Assembly: GCF_009914755.1 (NCBI RefSeq)
Contig: NC_060948.1
Source of the DNA: the human T2T-CHM13v2.0 reference genome, Homo sapiens
Direction: 5' to 3' (one strand)
Length of the DNA stretch: 64,000 nucleotides
A program made the translations under genes and the position numbers. The notes under the pieces were generated by a model. That model worked only from the letters and a program-made list of their open reading frames with translations, was not told the origin of the DNA and did no database searches. Positions 40,138 through 54,479 of this stretch are shown here, piece after piece. How positions within the stretch are numbered: the first letter of the stretch is position 1; each line of letters begins with the position of its first letter.

Positions 40138-42360
40138 GGGTGCCTGGGGCAAGTGCCAGCTCATGTCATCACCGTCACTGAGCCCCGGGTATGTTTAACT
40201 AGTGAGGGCCAGGAAATTGACTTCCTCTTGGACACTGGCGCGGCCTTCTCAGTGTTAATCTCCTGTCCTGGATGACTGTCCTCAAGGTCCATTACCATCT
40301 GAGCAATCCTGAGACAGCCTGTAACCAGGAATTTTTCCCACCTTCTCAGTTGTAATTGGGAGACTTTGCTCTTTTCGTATGCATTTCTTGTAGTGTCTGA
40401 AAGTCCCACACCCTTATTAGGGAGGGATATATTAGCCAAGGCTGAAGCTATTATCTACATGAATATGGGGAACAAGTTACCCATTTGTTGTCCTCTACTT
40501 GAGGAGGGAATCAACCCTCAAGTATGGACATTGGAAGGACAATTTGGAAGGACAAAAAATGCCCACCCAGTCCAAATCAGGTTAAAAGAGCCCACCACTT
40601 TTCCTTATCAAAGGCAAGATCCCTTAAGGCCTGAAGCTCATAACAGATTACAGAATATTGTTAAACATTTGAAAGCTCAAGGCTTAGTGAGGAAATGCAG
40701 CAGTCCCTGCAACACCCCAATTCTAGGAGTACAAAAACCGAATGGTCAGTGAAGACTAGTGCAAGTTCTTAGACTTGCCATTGAGGCAGTAATTCCACTA
40801 TATCCAGTTGTACCCAACCCCTATACCCTGCTCTCTCAAATACCAGCAGAAGCAGAATGGTTCACAGTTCTGGACCTCAAGGATGCTTTCTTCTGTATTC
40901 CCCTGCACTGTGACTCCCAGTTTCTCTTTGCTTTCAAGGATCCCACAGACCACACTTCCCAACTTACATGGACGGTCTTGCCTCAGGGGTTTAGGGATAG
41001 CCCTCATCTGTTTGGTCAGGCTCTGGCCCAAGATCTAGGCCACTTCTCAAGTCCAGGCACTCTGATCCTTCAATATGTGGATGATTTACTTTTAGCTACC
41101 AGTTTGGAAGCCTTGTGCCAGAAAGCTACTCTAGATCTCTTGAACTTTCTAGCTAATCAAGGGTACAAGGTGTCTAGGTTGAAGGCCCAGCTTTGCCTAC
41201 AGCAGGTCAAATATCTAGGCCTAATCTTAGCCAGAGGGACCAGAGCCCTAAGCAAGGAATGAATACAACCTATACTGGCTTATCCTTGCCCTAAGACATT
41301 AAAACAGTTGAGGGGGTTCCTTGGAATTACCGGCTTTTGCTGACTATGGATCCCTGGATATAGCGAGATAGCCAGGCCCCTCTATACTCTAATCAAGGAA
41401 ACCCAGAGGGCAAATACTCATCTAGTTGTATCGGAACCAGAGGCAGTAATCCCTTCGAAACCTTAAAGCAGGCCCTAGTACACGCTCCAGCTTTAAGCCT
41501 TCCCATAGGACAGAACTTCTCTTTATACATCACAGAGAGAGCCGGGATAGCTCTTGGAGACCTTACTCAGACTTGTGGGACAACCCCACAACCAGTGGCA
41601 TACTTAAGTAAGGAAATTGATGTAGTAGCAAAAGGCTGGCCTCACTGTTTAAGAGTAGTTGCAGCAGTGGCCATCTTAGTGTCAGAGGCTATCAAAATAA
41701 TGCAAGGAAAGGATCTCACTGTCTGGACTACTCATGATGTAAATGGCATACTAGGTGCCAAAGGAAGTTTATGGCTATCAGACAACCACCTACTAAGATA
41801 CCAGGCACTACTCCTTGAGGGACTGGTGCTTCAAATATGCACTTGCGTGGCCCTCAACACTGCCACTTTTCTCCCAGAGGATGGGGAACCAATTGAGCAT
41901 GACTGCCAACAAATTATAGTCCAGACTTACGCCACCCGAGATGATCTCTTGGAAGTCCCCTTAACTAATCCTGACCTTAATCTATATACCGATGGAAGTT
42001 CAGTTGTGGAGAATGGGATACGAAGGGCAGGTTATGCAATAGTTAGTGATGTAACTATACTTGAAAGTAAGCCTCTTGTCCCAGGGACAAGTGCCCAGTT
42101 AGCAGAACTAGTGGCACTTACCCGAGCCTTAGAACTGGGAAAGGGAAAAATAATAAATGTGTATACAGATAGCAAGTATGCTTATCTAATCCTACATGCC
42201 CATGCTGCAATATGGAAAGAATGGGAGTTCTTAACCTCTGGGAACCCCCACGGATGCCACAGGGAAGTTATGGAGTTATTGCACATGGTGCAGGAAACAA
42301 AAGAGGTGGGAGTCTTACACTACCAAAGCCATCAGAATGGGAAGGAGAGGGGAGAACAGC
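40138..42360 (+). pseudogene. pol: ERV9 pro-pol (protease, RT, RNase H; integrase absent)
   Basis: FLLDTGA protease; VLDLKDAFF, LPQGFRDSP, YVDD; RNase H YTDGSS...AELVALTRAL...YTDSKYA; multiple stops and frameshifts. Confidence 0.92.
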
Positions 42361-42560
42361 AGCGTAAGCAGCTGGCAGAGGTAGGGAAAGACCAGCAAGA
42401 AGGAAAGAGAGAAAGAGAAAGTCAGAGAAAGAGATAGAGAGAGGAAGAGACAAAGAAGAAGTCAGAGAGAAAGAGGGACAGACACAGAAAGTTAGAGAGT
42501 TAAAAAGAGAGGAAGAGACAAAGAAGAAGTCAAAGAGAGAGACGGTATTAAAGAAAAAAC
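42345..42560 (+). repeat. Purine-rich (GA/GAAA) tract where integrase and most of env SU would be
   Basis: AGAGAGAAAGAG...GAGGAAGAGACAAAGAAGAAGTCA repeated. Confidence 0.8.
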
Positions 42561-42609
42561 AGTGTACCCTATTCCTTTAAAAGCCAGGGTAAATGTCTAC
42601 CCACTCCGC

Positions 42610-43200
42610 CTAGGCATATTCTACTTATGTGGATCTTCAACCCATATCTGTCTCTCAGACAGTTTGCAAGAAATAATGAAATCTATTCTTACTTTACAAT
42701 CCCAAATAGACTCTTTGGCAGTAGTGACTCTCCAAAACTGCCGAGGCCTAGACCTCACTGCTGAGAAAAGAGGACTCCTCACCTTTTCAGGGGAAGAGTG
42801 TTATTTTTACACTAACTAGTTGGGGATAGTATGAGATGCCACCTGGTGTTTACAGGAAAAGGCTTCTGAAATCAGACAATGCCTTTCAAATTCTTATATC
42901 AACCTCTGGAGTTGGGCAACATGGCTTCTCCCCTTTCTAGGTCCTGTGGCAGCCATCTTGCTGTTACTTGCCTTTGGGCCCTGTATTTTTAACCTTCTTG
43001 TCAAATTTGTTTCGTCTAGAATCAAGGCCGTCAAGCTACAGATGGCCTTACACATGGAACCCAAAATGAGTTCAACCAACAAGTTCTACTGAGAACCCCT
43101 GGACCGACCTGCTGGCACTTCCCCTGGCCTAGAGAGTTCCCCTGTGAGGGACACTACAACTTCAGGGCCCCTTCTTCACCCCTATCCAGCAGGAAGTAGC
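42610..43200 (+). pseudogene. env: ERV9 env remnant (short SU piece fused to TM)
   Basis: GIFYLCGSSTHICL; immunosuppressive-domain-like LQNCRGLDL; EECYFYTN; membrane span WLLPFLGPVAAILLLLAFGPCIFN; stops present. Confidence 0.88.
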
Positions 43201-43249
43201 TAGAGCAGTCATTGGCCAAATTCCCAACAGCAGTTGGGGTGTCCTGTTT

Positions 43250-43260
43250 AGAGGGGGGAT
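43250..43260 (+). promoter_or_regulatory. Polypurine tract
   Basis: AGAGGGGGGAT immediately before the 3' LTR TG. Confidence 0.85.
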
Positions 43261-44551
43261 TGAGAGGTGTTAGCCTGCTGGCAGTCCTCACAGCCCTCAC
43301 TCACTCTCGGCACCTCCTCTGCTTGGGATCCCACTTTGGTGGCACTTGAGGAGCCCTTCAGCCCACGCTGCACTGTGGGAACCCCTTTCTGGGCTGGCCA
43401 AGGCTGGAGCCCACTCCCTCAGCTTGCAGGGAGGTGTGGAGGGGGAGGCGTGAGTGGGAACTGGGGCTGCATGTGGCACTTGCAGGCCAGCTGGAATTCC
43501 AGGTGAGCGTGGGCTTGGTGGGCCCTGCACTCAGAGCAGCCGGCTGGCCCTGCCGGCCCCGGGCAATGAGGGACATAGCATCTGGGCTAGCGGCTGCGGA
43601 GGGTGTACTGGGTCCCCCAGCAGTGCCAGCCCACCGGTGCTGTGCTCGATTTCTCACCAGGCCTCAGCTGCCTTCCTCTGGGGCAGGGCTCTGGACTTGC
43701 AGCCCACCATGCCTGAGCCTCCTATCCCCTCCATGGGCTCCTGTGCGGCCCGAGCCTCCCCAACGAGTGCCAGCCCTGCTCCACGGCGCCCAGTCCCATC
43801 GACCACCCAAAGGCTGAGGAGTGCAGGTGCATGGCACGGGACTGGCAGGCAGCTCCACCTGCAGCCCCGGTGCTGGATCAACTGGGTGAAGCCATCTGGG
43901 CTCCTGAGTCTGGTGGGGCCTCGGAGAACCTTTATGTCTAGCTCAGGGATTGTAAATACACCAGTTGGCACTCTATCTGTAGCTCAAGGTTTGTAAACAC
44001 ACCAATCAGCGCCCTGTGTCTAGCTCAGGGTTTGTGAGTGCACCAATCGACGCTCTCTATCTAGCTACTCTGGTGGGGCCTTGGGGAACCTTTATCTCGA
44101 CACTCTGTATCTGTATCTAGCTAATCTGGTGGGGACATGGAGAACCTTTGTGTCTAGCTCAGGGATTGAAAACGCACCAATCAGCGCCCTCTCAGACCAC
44201 TGGGCTCTACCAATCAGCAGGATGTGGGTGGGGCCAGATAACAGAATAAAAGCAGGCTGCACGAGCCAGCAGTGGCAACCCGCTCGGGTCCCCTTCTACA
44301 CTGTGGAAGCTTTGTTCTTTTGCTCCTTGCAAAAAATCTTGCTATTGCTCACTCTTTGGGTCCACACTGCTTTTATGAGCTGTAAACCTCACCGCGAAGG
44401 TCTGCAGCTTCACTCCTGAAGCCAGCGAGACCACCGGGAGGAATGAACAACTCCGGACACACCGCCTTTAAGAACTGTAACACTCACCGCGAGGGTCCAC
44501 GGCTTCATTCTTGAAGTCAGGGAGACCAAGAACCCACCAATTCTGGACACA
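43261..44551 (+). mobile_element. 3' LTR (LTR12C/D-type), core promoter motifs intact, poly(A) signal mutated
   Basis: TGAGAGGTG...GGACACA; CCAAT 44210, AGATAA 44236, AATAAA 44245; AAAAAA at 44331 in place of AATAAA. Confidence 0.93.
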
Positions 44552-44610
44552 CCTGTGAGGTCAGGAGTTTGGGACCAGCCTGGGCAATCTAGTGGGACCC
44601 TGTCTTAATA

Positions 44611-44689
44611 TTACATTGTTCCTAAATAATTGTGGTTTTTGCCATTAAAAGTAATTGTGAAAACCAAAACTACTTTTGCACGAACTTAA
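44611..44689. mobile_element. MADE1 (Hsmar1 MITE)
   Basis: AATTGTGGTTTTTGCCATTAAAAGTAAT...TACTTTTGCACGAACTTAA with TA on both sides. Confidence 0.8.
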
Positions 44690-46129
44690 TAAAAATTATG
44701 AAATAGCTGGGCGTGGTGGCACATGCCTGTAGTCCCCAGCTACCGAGGAAGCTGAGGCAGAAGGATCACTTGAACCCAGGAATTTGAGGTTGCAGTGAGC
44801 TATAATAATGCCTCAACAGAGCAGACTGTCTCTAAAAAAAAAAAAAGAAAAGAAATGAAAACAAAACAAAACAAAACAAAATATGATGAAGATCCAGAAG
44901 GATGTGCAGCCCATCTCTTTGCCATTCATTACACTTCTGTCTTCATATCTACTTCCTCCATTTTCCACCGGACAAGGTGAAAAAGCATGACCAGTTAGGC
45001 CTCTAAATTTACCTGTTGCCCATCTACTCCTCTAGAGCCACTGTTTGCTGTGTACATGGCTGTGTCCATGGATTGCGGTGTCACAGTTGTGAGACAGATT
45101 TCCAGGGAATGCATATCCATAGTCCAGCTTAGCTTACATGCTCAATCTTGTACCAAGCAACGTGGCCAGAAGATGCAAATCTCTTTGGATAGACCCGGAA
45201 ACTCCTATTTTAACTCTGAGCCTGTATGACCAGATGCCTTGAAGGCCATGCAAATCTGTCCTGCAGGCAAGAGCTTCTCCAATTTCAGCATTTGGTTCAG
45301 CATTTGGTGCAAATCACCAGAGAACATGTTTGACACAGTTGACCTGGGGTGGAGACCCAAAGTTATGCATTTTTAACAGGCTTCCAGGTATTAATAACAC
45401 CCATGATATTAGATCCAGGACTATAATCTGTTTAGCAAAGTACCAAAACTTTAGATCTTTTTGTATATTTGGAGGAAAAGAACAAGTATTGCATGGGTGT
45501 TCTTTACATAATTTTAGTCATGACAATTCCAGGAGAATATTACCAGGCTCCTAATATGCCAGTGCTTTATAACAGATCGATCCTCACTCAAAACAATCCC
45601 ATTTGTATTTATACATATGTTCCATCTGCTCTGTTTCCACTTGTATACATACACAGGTGTGTGTACTTGTAACATGCAATACAGTTTTTGCAATACATTC
45701 CCTCTCTTCTCAATGAATCATACCTGAAAGAAAAACAAAAGGGGTGTTTTTAAAATGATTCCAATACAGGCTTTGAGTTTGAAAGAATAAAAGAGAGCCA
45801 TTGTCTTAGAAATTTTTTGTCAACCTCATTTTATTTCAACTAAAATTTGTAAACCATACTGCATTCACCAGAGAAGGTGTATATGGCTATATGCCTATGT
45901 CTGACACTGGTAATTAAAAAGAGAGAAGCCTGTTTGCTTGAGCTTTGATAAATAAAACATATTGATGCTACCTCTTATTATGTCTTCCCCCTATGTTAAA
46001 TGTTTCTTTTTGAAAATATAGATTATTTGAAGTACAAAGCAAGAAAGCAGGAAGAGAGTGTATGTGCACACACAGAAGAGAGATACAATCAGGCATAAAT
46101 CCACCATCCTGGGAATATAAACCCCTCTG

Positions 46130-46443
46130 TATCATATACATATATATATATACATATAAAAATATAGATATAGATAAATCTCTACATATCAATATATAGA
46201 TATAACTATACATATAGACAGATACATCCATATCTCTATAGATATCTATAGAAGCTACAGATATACATATATATTTCTACAGATATCTACAGATACAGAT
46301 ATCTATAGAGATAGAGGTACAGATATGTATTGAAATACACATAGCAATCTTTATAAACACCTATTATAGAGAGGTAGATGTATGGATCTATATAGATCTA
46401 TCTATCTATATACCTATTTCTAAATCTCTCTCTCTCTCTGTGT

Positions 46444-46505
<62 letters not shown>

Positions 46506-46510
46506 GTACA
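46130..46510. repeat. (TA)n/(TAGA)n-rich low-complexity tract with a (TA)n STR
   Basis: direct reading. Confidence 0.85.
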
Positions 46511-47744
46511 TCAACAATTCCAAGGTCCCAATTAACTTGGAGAAAGATTTATGTATATTTGCATACTTTTAAAGGGTAGGGCATGTGCCATTCATCAAAG
46601 AGACATATACATTGTAAAAGATTTTCATTTAAAAGTCTTAGGCAAGAACATTGGTGCAGTCACTGTATAATGTCATTTAAAAATGAACTCTATTTAGGGC
46701 CTCTTATTTGAAATTCAATATCCTTTGTTTTCTTACAAAAGCAATAGTTAATGGATTTCTCACCATCAATGAATGTTACACAATAAATGATGTGTTATGG
46801 GTTTGAAATAACAGGTTTCAGAAGACTAAATCCTTCAAGAAAACTGAAATATCTTGCCCACAAAGAAATCTTTATTCCCATTTATCAGATGCAAAACTTG
46901 AATTAAGGGCCTGTACAACCTTCTTACTGGAAAACGTGAACTTAAAGTATTTCCGTCAAGGTTTATTAATCTTATAAAATACTTTCCCTACAAAACCAAG
47001 GGGAATAAACAAGATCATCTCTTTATCTCTTCCAACTGTATTTCTGTAACTATGTTTATGTGTAAAAAAAAGTACCTCCATCAACTATTTCAAGAAAATC
47101 TCATTTAAGTGACTGAAATTAATTTTAAATTTATGATAACCCAACTTAAACTGGTCTGGAGTTTACTTGATATCATTGAAAGAAAAAGGTTTATTTAGCA
47201 ACAGAATGAAATTTGCTAAACCTTAAGGGTGCAAACATTTCTAAGGTATATGTCATATTACTCTTATTGAATCCATGTTGTTAATTATCTTACTCTGTAA
47301 TCTAGACTTTAAATCCTGTTTGGGAATAACACTCCTTAAATGTTTTCTAAAAAATTGAGTATGTTGTTTACCCTAGTTTATGATTTATATATAGATAATA
47401 TATAACTTAACATTATATATTTTAAATATATAATATCTATATTCATATGTGGATATAGATAGATATAGGTATCAAAACAGATATTATACAAATGTTACTT
47501 TTTGTCCTATGATTTCTGATGTATATTAAAACTTATGCTCTGAACTGGCCTCATATAATTGTGAAACCTGTGGCATTTATCATCAATATGTTGCAGAGAC
47601 TTTTTTCTAAACCATGCCTAAAATAGCAAATAAAAGTAAGAAACACCATAAATAAACTAACAGATACATAAAAATAAAATGAGGAAATTGTTTGGATTAG
47701 AAGGGGCATGGGGTAAAGAATTAGGTATGTGAGAGCAAAAACTA

Positions 47745-48119
<375 letters not shown>

Positions 48120-50197
48120 CTATTTCTGAATTTACCTTATCTTTTTTTTTCTTTCACATTAAGACTATAATTATGATTTCAACTTCCTCATCTGATTCCC
48201 AGTCATGAATCTATCTAACATATTCAGCTGAAGGCTGTCAATGTTGTACTGATTCCAAAATGCAATGATACTCTCCCATTTTCCTTCACTCCTAAAATCT
48301 CTGAAGACTGTGACACAATTGACTCCTGCCTACTCCTTGAGAAGGTTACAATCCTTCCTTGAATTCCATGCCATGTTTTCTCTTGCCAGAGATCTTTGCA
48401 GATGGGACAATGACCCTATTTCAGGTTGCTATCAAGACCCTACCCAGTGTCACTTCCTCCAAAGATTTGCCTTTCCTTTTAAGTGAACGCTTTCTCTATT
48501 TTACACCAAAATGTTAAGTATCATATCCATAGGGTTTGTGCTCAGATCTACAGATCCTACTTTAAGATCCCTATTCAGATCAAATCTCCTCTCCCAAAGA
48601 TCTCAGGTCTGTGGGTCATTGGTATTTCTATGATCCACAAGCATCTCATTTTTCTTTCCATACAAGTGACTTTGGGTGAATGCACTATCACTCATCATAT
48701 CCTTCCCATAGCACCACATCAAAGCTATCTTTAGTCTTTTCTCATTTTAGGGCTCCATCCCGTTTTTACTCAACTTTTGCAACTATGCATATAGTCAAAT
48801 GCCATCCATAGTGAAAAAAATTTACTACTACTCTGAAATTTCCCTATTACTGGGTATTTTCACTACTAATATCCTAATTTATGAATGCTGCAGTATCACT
48901 GTCCTCTTTTGTTCTAGAATGTCCCGGATCTTAAATTCCCTCAGAGTAAATTCTCTGAAAGGTAATCTCTGCCACCATCCCCCACTAACACCAATAAGGA
49001 TTCCAGTCAATGAATATTCATAATCCTCTGTAGTCCAGCCTTCTTATTCTCCTCTTTGAATCACAAGAACCTACAAGTAGCTCACCACCATTCCTGTTCT
49101 CAGAGTTTAACTTGAGTATTATCTAATAAAACAACCTCATGTAGCAGGGTGGCCCCACATATTCAGGTTCCCAGAACTCACTCGAGACCTGTGAAGTTTG
49201 AATCCTGGTGTTTAGCTCTAGAGGCATGGATTTTGTAACCATCTTCCTGGGTCATCCTTGTTGACCTTGAAGTTCCAAAGCCTCTGCTCACTCCATATCT
49301 ATTTCTCTTCTCTAGATATTATTAACTTGGAATAATTTCCCATATCTACTCTCCAATTCCCCAGAAAAAACTTGTTCTGTGAACCTTTTTCTCATCATCC
49401 CAATAGGATGCTTGTTATGCCTTCTGTATGCTTTGGAGATGGCATATATCACACATTGAGTTGCATTTTAATAATTGAAGAGTTTAATTTATTCCCTTAT
49501 TAGATTTTAAGCATCTTTTATGCTATACATATTTATCTTTCCAATAATGATTAATAACATAGTATATATTATTATTGCACTAACAATTATCCTACTGAAA
49601 ATATTTGTTTCAATTTGACCATTGTATTAGGAGAGTCAATAGGAATCAGTAGTGCCCTATAGTGTATCTGGCTTCACCAGTATTGTATTTCGAGTTCCAC
49701 ATATTGATCCCATAGGAGCATTAACATAATAGTATGTATGAATGTATGTATGTTCATAATAGTATGAACATAACAGTATGTAGAATGTAGTTGATGAAGA
49801 CACTGAGATGGAAAATCAGAGAGAACAAGTAATGTGGTATAGATTATGTCTCATGTTTCATCCAGTTCTTTGTACCAAACCCAGCTTATATATCCTTCTA
49901 GGAACCCTACTGTTTTATTTCATTTTATGAATCCTCCTAGCTCCCACATCTCACCATACTCCACAATTAGATTTCAAGTGGAAACATGAAGAATGATATC
50001 CTTATCTCTTCCAGGAATTCAGAATTTAAACCTCCGAAGCTCTTCTGTCTGTATCGTAATCCTGTGGCTCAGTTGTTAAGAACTGGTGTTTTAGGTTCTA
50101 TCCTGGTCACTTATGAGGGATTTTGGATTAGGGAAAATTATAAACTCATAATATCTTATATTCACTTTTTCTTATAAGCATGATTCCATTTGTCTAA

Positions 50198-50498
<301 letters not shown>

Positions 50499-50879
50499 TT
50501 TTTTTTTTTTTTAAGAAATTAATTAATTAATTTTAAAAAGTCTTAGTGAAGTAATTCAGACAGAAGTGACTTGTCTGCTCTCTCCCAGGTCACATGTCTC
50601 AGGGAAGAGATCTGCTACCCAACCAATGCACCCACAAACTAAGCCAAGCATTCAGATTTTGCCCAAAATCTCCCTCCCAATCTCACTTTATCATGCTGCC
50701 TTAAAGTATTTAGAGTTGATGTCTCCCCACAGCAATCTCCACTCCCTTCCCTTCCCCTCTCCCCTCCCCTCATCTCCCCTGCCCTCCACTCCCCTCCACT
50801 TCTTTTCTGTCCCTTCTTTTTCTCCTTTTCTCTTTCTCTCTCTGTCTCTCTCATTCAGGACTTGATTTGTCACAGCCAT

Positions 50880-52450
50880 TCTTGCAACAACCTTACAAAC
50901 ATTTTCTTTGCTTTCCACATTGGCCCTCTTCAACTAGTTCTCCATGTTGCCATCACAGTGATTGTCCTAAAACATAAATCTGATTATTTCTTCTTCCCTC
51001 ACTGCAGAAAATGTGTTATTGGCTTTCCCACTGCCTACTGGATAAATTCCACCTTTTCAGCATGACATTTAAAACTCTTCACAATTAGGTCTCTAATCCT
51101 TTCCTCACTACCTTCTTTTCAAATTCAATGTCCTGCCATGCCAAACCCTCCCTATTTCTAGATCTCCACACATACAGTATTGCTGCGATGTCTTTAGCCA
51201 TGGCTTCTTTTTCAACTTCTTCAACCAATCAGTGTCGATGTACCATTCCTTCCCTACTCTGAATGTTCTTCCTTTGCAAACCCTTGGTTAATTATTTTAA
51301 CCTCTATGGGTCCCTATTAATTTATATGTATTCCTTGTACACACCTTCCTGTAATCACATTTTTTTCTCATGCTTTTCATTATCTTGTCTACTATAATGT
51401 ATGCTTTCTCAAAAATAAATGGATAAGTCTCACTCACAGTTACATGTCTGTGCTTAGGACTGTGTCAGTGCTAAAAAAAAAAAAACCTGAACTTATGAAT
51501 AAGTCAATGAATTAATACATTCTTGGCAAAGTCCATGACTTTGTGGCCTATTATAAATTAGTGTGTTCAAGTTGAGGTTCTGGTTTAGTTTAGGACATAG
51601 ATATCTATATATAGTCCATATATCTACATATATATGTCTACATCCATGTATATCACTGATTTGGGGGATAAGCTGTATTTATAAACAATACTATCATGTT
51701 AATGGGTCTTCAATATCTACACAATAATGGAAAAAAGTATATGTATATTTCTAAATATCTAATGGGAACACACACACATATATGTATGTATGTATATACA
51801 TTTTTCTATTATTGGCTATAGATATCTTTTAATAGATAAGTGTATATCTATGTACCAATCTTGTTGGCAAAGGATGCTTTCATGCATATTATCTCATTTA
51901 GTCCCCACAAGGAAAAGCAACCCACAGGAAAGGTAATAATAATGTCAGCTCAACAGAGTCACAGAACATAACTGACTTTATGACAAGGCAAAATTTGTGA
52001 GGATAGAGTCTTAACATGAAACCAGGTCCCCAGATTCATGTCCATCATCTTCCCCATTATTGCTCATGTTGTCCAAAATCCTTCGCATCATCATGGAAGG
52101 CTTCATGCTTAGGTTTACTTCCTAAAGCAGAAGCAATTAGGAGAATGTCCTATGTGTTGTGGACATTATCTTTTTTCCTTCCATAAATGAATTAATGGGC
52201 AATGAAATAATTTTAAGAAAAGCTAACTTTTATAGCCAGGTAGAATAAAAGTAATCACCATGAAATATTGTGAAGATAAGCAGGCCCCACACACTAGCTC
52301 AGCTAATCAATATGACAATATTACATGGAGATTATCTGTTCCATTTTACAGATGCAGAAATGGAGGCGAATATTAAAATTCATTCCTAAGGTCACATGCA
52401 ACTTAAACCCAAGCAATCTCATTTTAGAATCTGTGTTCATTGCCACAACA
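50880..52450. mobile_element. Ancient L2 and MIR remnants
   Basis: AAACATAAATCTGATTAT, GGCTTTCCCACTGCCTAC (L2-like); ATTATCTCATTTAGTCC, CCATTTTACAGATGCAGAAATGGAGGC (MIR-like). Confidence 0.55.
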
Positions 52451-53259
52451 TTCTATGATGTACTCTGATCTTTGCATTGCCAATTTAAATCCAACTTTCT
52501 TGAAGCCAACTTTAAATACTGGGAACTTTAAGCATTGTCAATTTCAAGCCAACTTTCTCCAACCCAATTTTAAATACAGGGGTCACACCCTCCTCCTCGC
52601 CCCCTGCAACTTGAAACTCCCTGGGAAAGATAACCTCCTGGACCTGGGAAATGAGGAGTATTTAGAAACAACTGCCTCTTGGTAAGCACACCTCCTATAT
52701 TTTATCCAAATCATGAAATTATAACAATAGAAGTAAACAAAAAGCCTTCATTCATCCTCTTTCAACCATAACCTCGGCATAAAAAGCTCCTGTACTTTAC
52801 AGAGCTGTATTCCAATTTTCGCTGCTCTTAAAATTTTTTTTAATATCATTGCTTCCCAATTGACTCACAATAACGCAGACATAGGGACTGCTGGAGACTG
52901 TGACCTTAAACAGTTAAAGATGTCTGCATATACGACATCATGTTTGGTGTGGAGAGTACCTAGAGATTCCTAAAAAAGCAAAGAGGAAGAAGGTTTGCTG
53001 TGCGCATCTGGGTACCCTGCTCTATCTCCAGGGTTCCCAGGATCTCTCTGTTACAGCTGGTTTGCACTGGGATTAGTTGCTCTTTGCATGAGGTTGTAGC
53101 TGTGGACGTGGGTTTTGTAGCGATTGGGACGACTCTGGAGATCTATTGGCTGCTGGGTTTGTAAATTTCATTCATTTTGGTCCAATGGCAGAAGGAGAGC
53201 GCCGGAAGCAGAAGGACCTCTCTCCCCTAGCTCTCTTTTTCTTGCAGAGACATCTTTCT

Positions 53260-53569
53260 CCCATCTCTGTCTGTTAGTACAGAGCTCTTATTCAGCCACT
53301 AGCTCGGCCTTTCCTGCTTCAATTGTAATGCTTGTTCTGCCCGGGGACACACTATTGACAGCAGAAACAATGAATTTCCTCCAAACCCGGCAATGTTGGT
53401 GGCTCTTGCATTCCTCTGGATGAGCGAATCTAGTTGGGGGGTTCCCGAAGGGGAAGGCGCCTGGGCTTTCAATACATCCTCCTGAATCATACTGCGTTTC
53501 AGGTTCCTTAGAAAAATTTGGATGTGTAAAAAGAACTCTTAACGGCGATGCAGGTCTTCCACAGCTAAG
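53260..53569 (+). other. NLGN4Y: Non-coding first exon (distal) of NLGN4Y; 5' boundary approximate
   Basis: GAAGGGGAAGGCGCCTGGGCTTTCAATACATCCTCCTGAATCATAC...CAGCTAAG resembles, with substitutions, the NLGN4X mRNA 5' UTR as I recall it; donor AAG|GTAGGT at 53569/53570. Confidence 0.7.
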
Positions 53570-54027
53570 GTAGGTGCAGTTTTAAGACGTGTCTTTCGCA
53601 TATTATTATCCTTATTTTAAAAAGCCGTTTAAACAATTTGACTTGCAGTGGCTCTCCAGCAAAGGAGGGAAAGCCTCACTGGCGATATTTGAGCTTCATT
53701 TCATCTAATATTTATTTATTTTTTCCTTTTATTATTATTATTATTGGACAATTTGGGCTGGACTCTCTCCCATCTGTCTCGCTCCATTTCTTTGGTGTGG
53801 ATGGGAATGTGGACATCGATGTATGGCTTTTACATGCAATCTCTCCACAGGAACATTTGGTTTTATTTTCACTTAAAAATAAAAATGCAGACCACCAATG
53901 TTGTTTGGAAGCATTTTGCTGCAATCAGCTGTTTGAACAGCTCTGGGGCCATGTGCGGTGTGTTTAAAAAGTAGCGCTGCCTTCCATACAAATTAAAGGA
54001 AGACTGTGGCGGGGAAAGGAGGGGAAA

Positions 54028-54132
54028 AATATATATATATATACACACAGACATATATATGCGTATGTGTGAGTTTGTGAGTGTACACATACACACACAC
54101 ATATATATATGTACACACACACACATACATGC
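54028..54132. repeat. (TA)n/(CA)n compound microsatellite
   Basis: direct reading. Confidence 0.9.
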
Positions 54133-54479
54133 AGTACAGGGGAAAAGGAGGGAAAAGGCCAGGGCTGGAGATGGCGAAAGCAGGAGGACTTCTGCAAACT
54201 GTGAGCATGGAAGGCTTTTCTTCTCTTTTCTCCCCACTCCAAAGCCCTCGTCTTCTTTAAGAAAACCACCACTGCCTGGGGTGCTTCTTTTGGGAGGCTG
54301 GGGTTGGGGGTTGGTGCCATTAACCAGAGAGAAAAGGGGAAATAAAGCTTGGTTGGGGTTGCATTATGAGATTTTTTTTTCCCTTCCTTCATCTCCTGGC
54401 CTCGGATAAGATAAGGCTTGGGGGATGCACGAAATAATCCAAGTGATTGATTAGACCTGGCATGGCTTGGTTGGGCTGG

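Larger units (their letters stand above)
36142..44551 (+). mobile_element. ERV9/HERV9 provirus (non-autonomous, integrase-less type) with two LTR12 LTRs
   Basis: paired LTRs, 4-bp TSD CCTG (36138-36141 and 44552-44555), PBS, gag-pro-pol-env remnants, PPT. Confidence 0.95.
36074..44880 (+). mobile_element. AluJ host element split by the ERV9 provirus and a MADE1
   Basis: left-arm start 36074-36141 resumes at 44556 TGAGGTCAGGAGTTTGGGACCAGCC; right arm 44704-44835. Confidence 0.75.

Noticed and set aside
41595-42437. 280-aa RT-connection/RNase H ORF as a functional gene
   Set aside because: It begins after a frameshift without a true ATG and runs into a GA-rich tract; this is a chance open stretch of a decayed pol.
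42562-43200. Possible domesticated syncytin-like env
   Set aside because: No signal peptide, most of SU missing, no fusion peptide, and in-frame stops after EECYFYTN.
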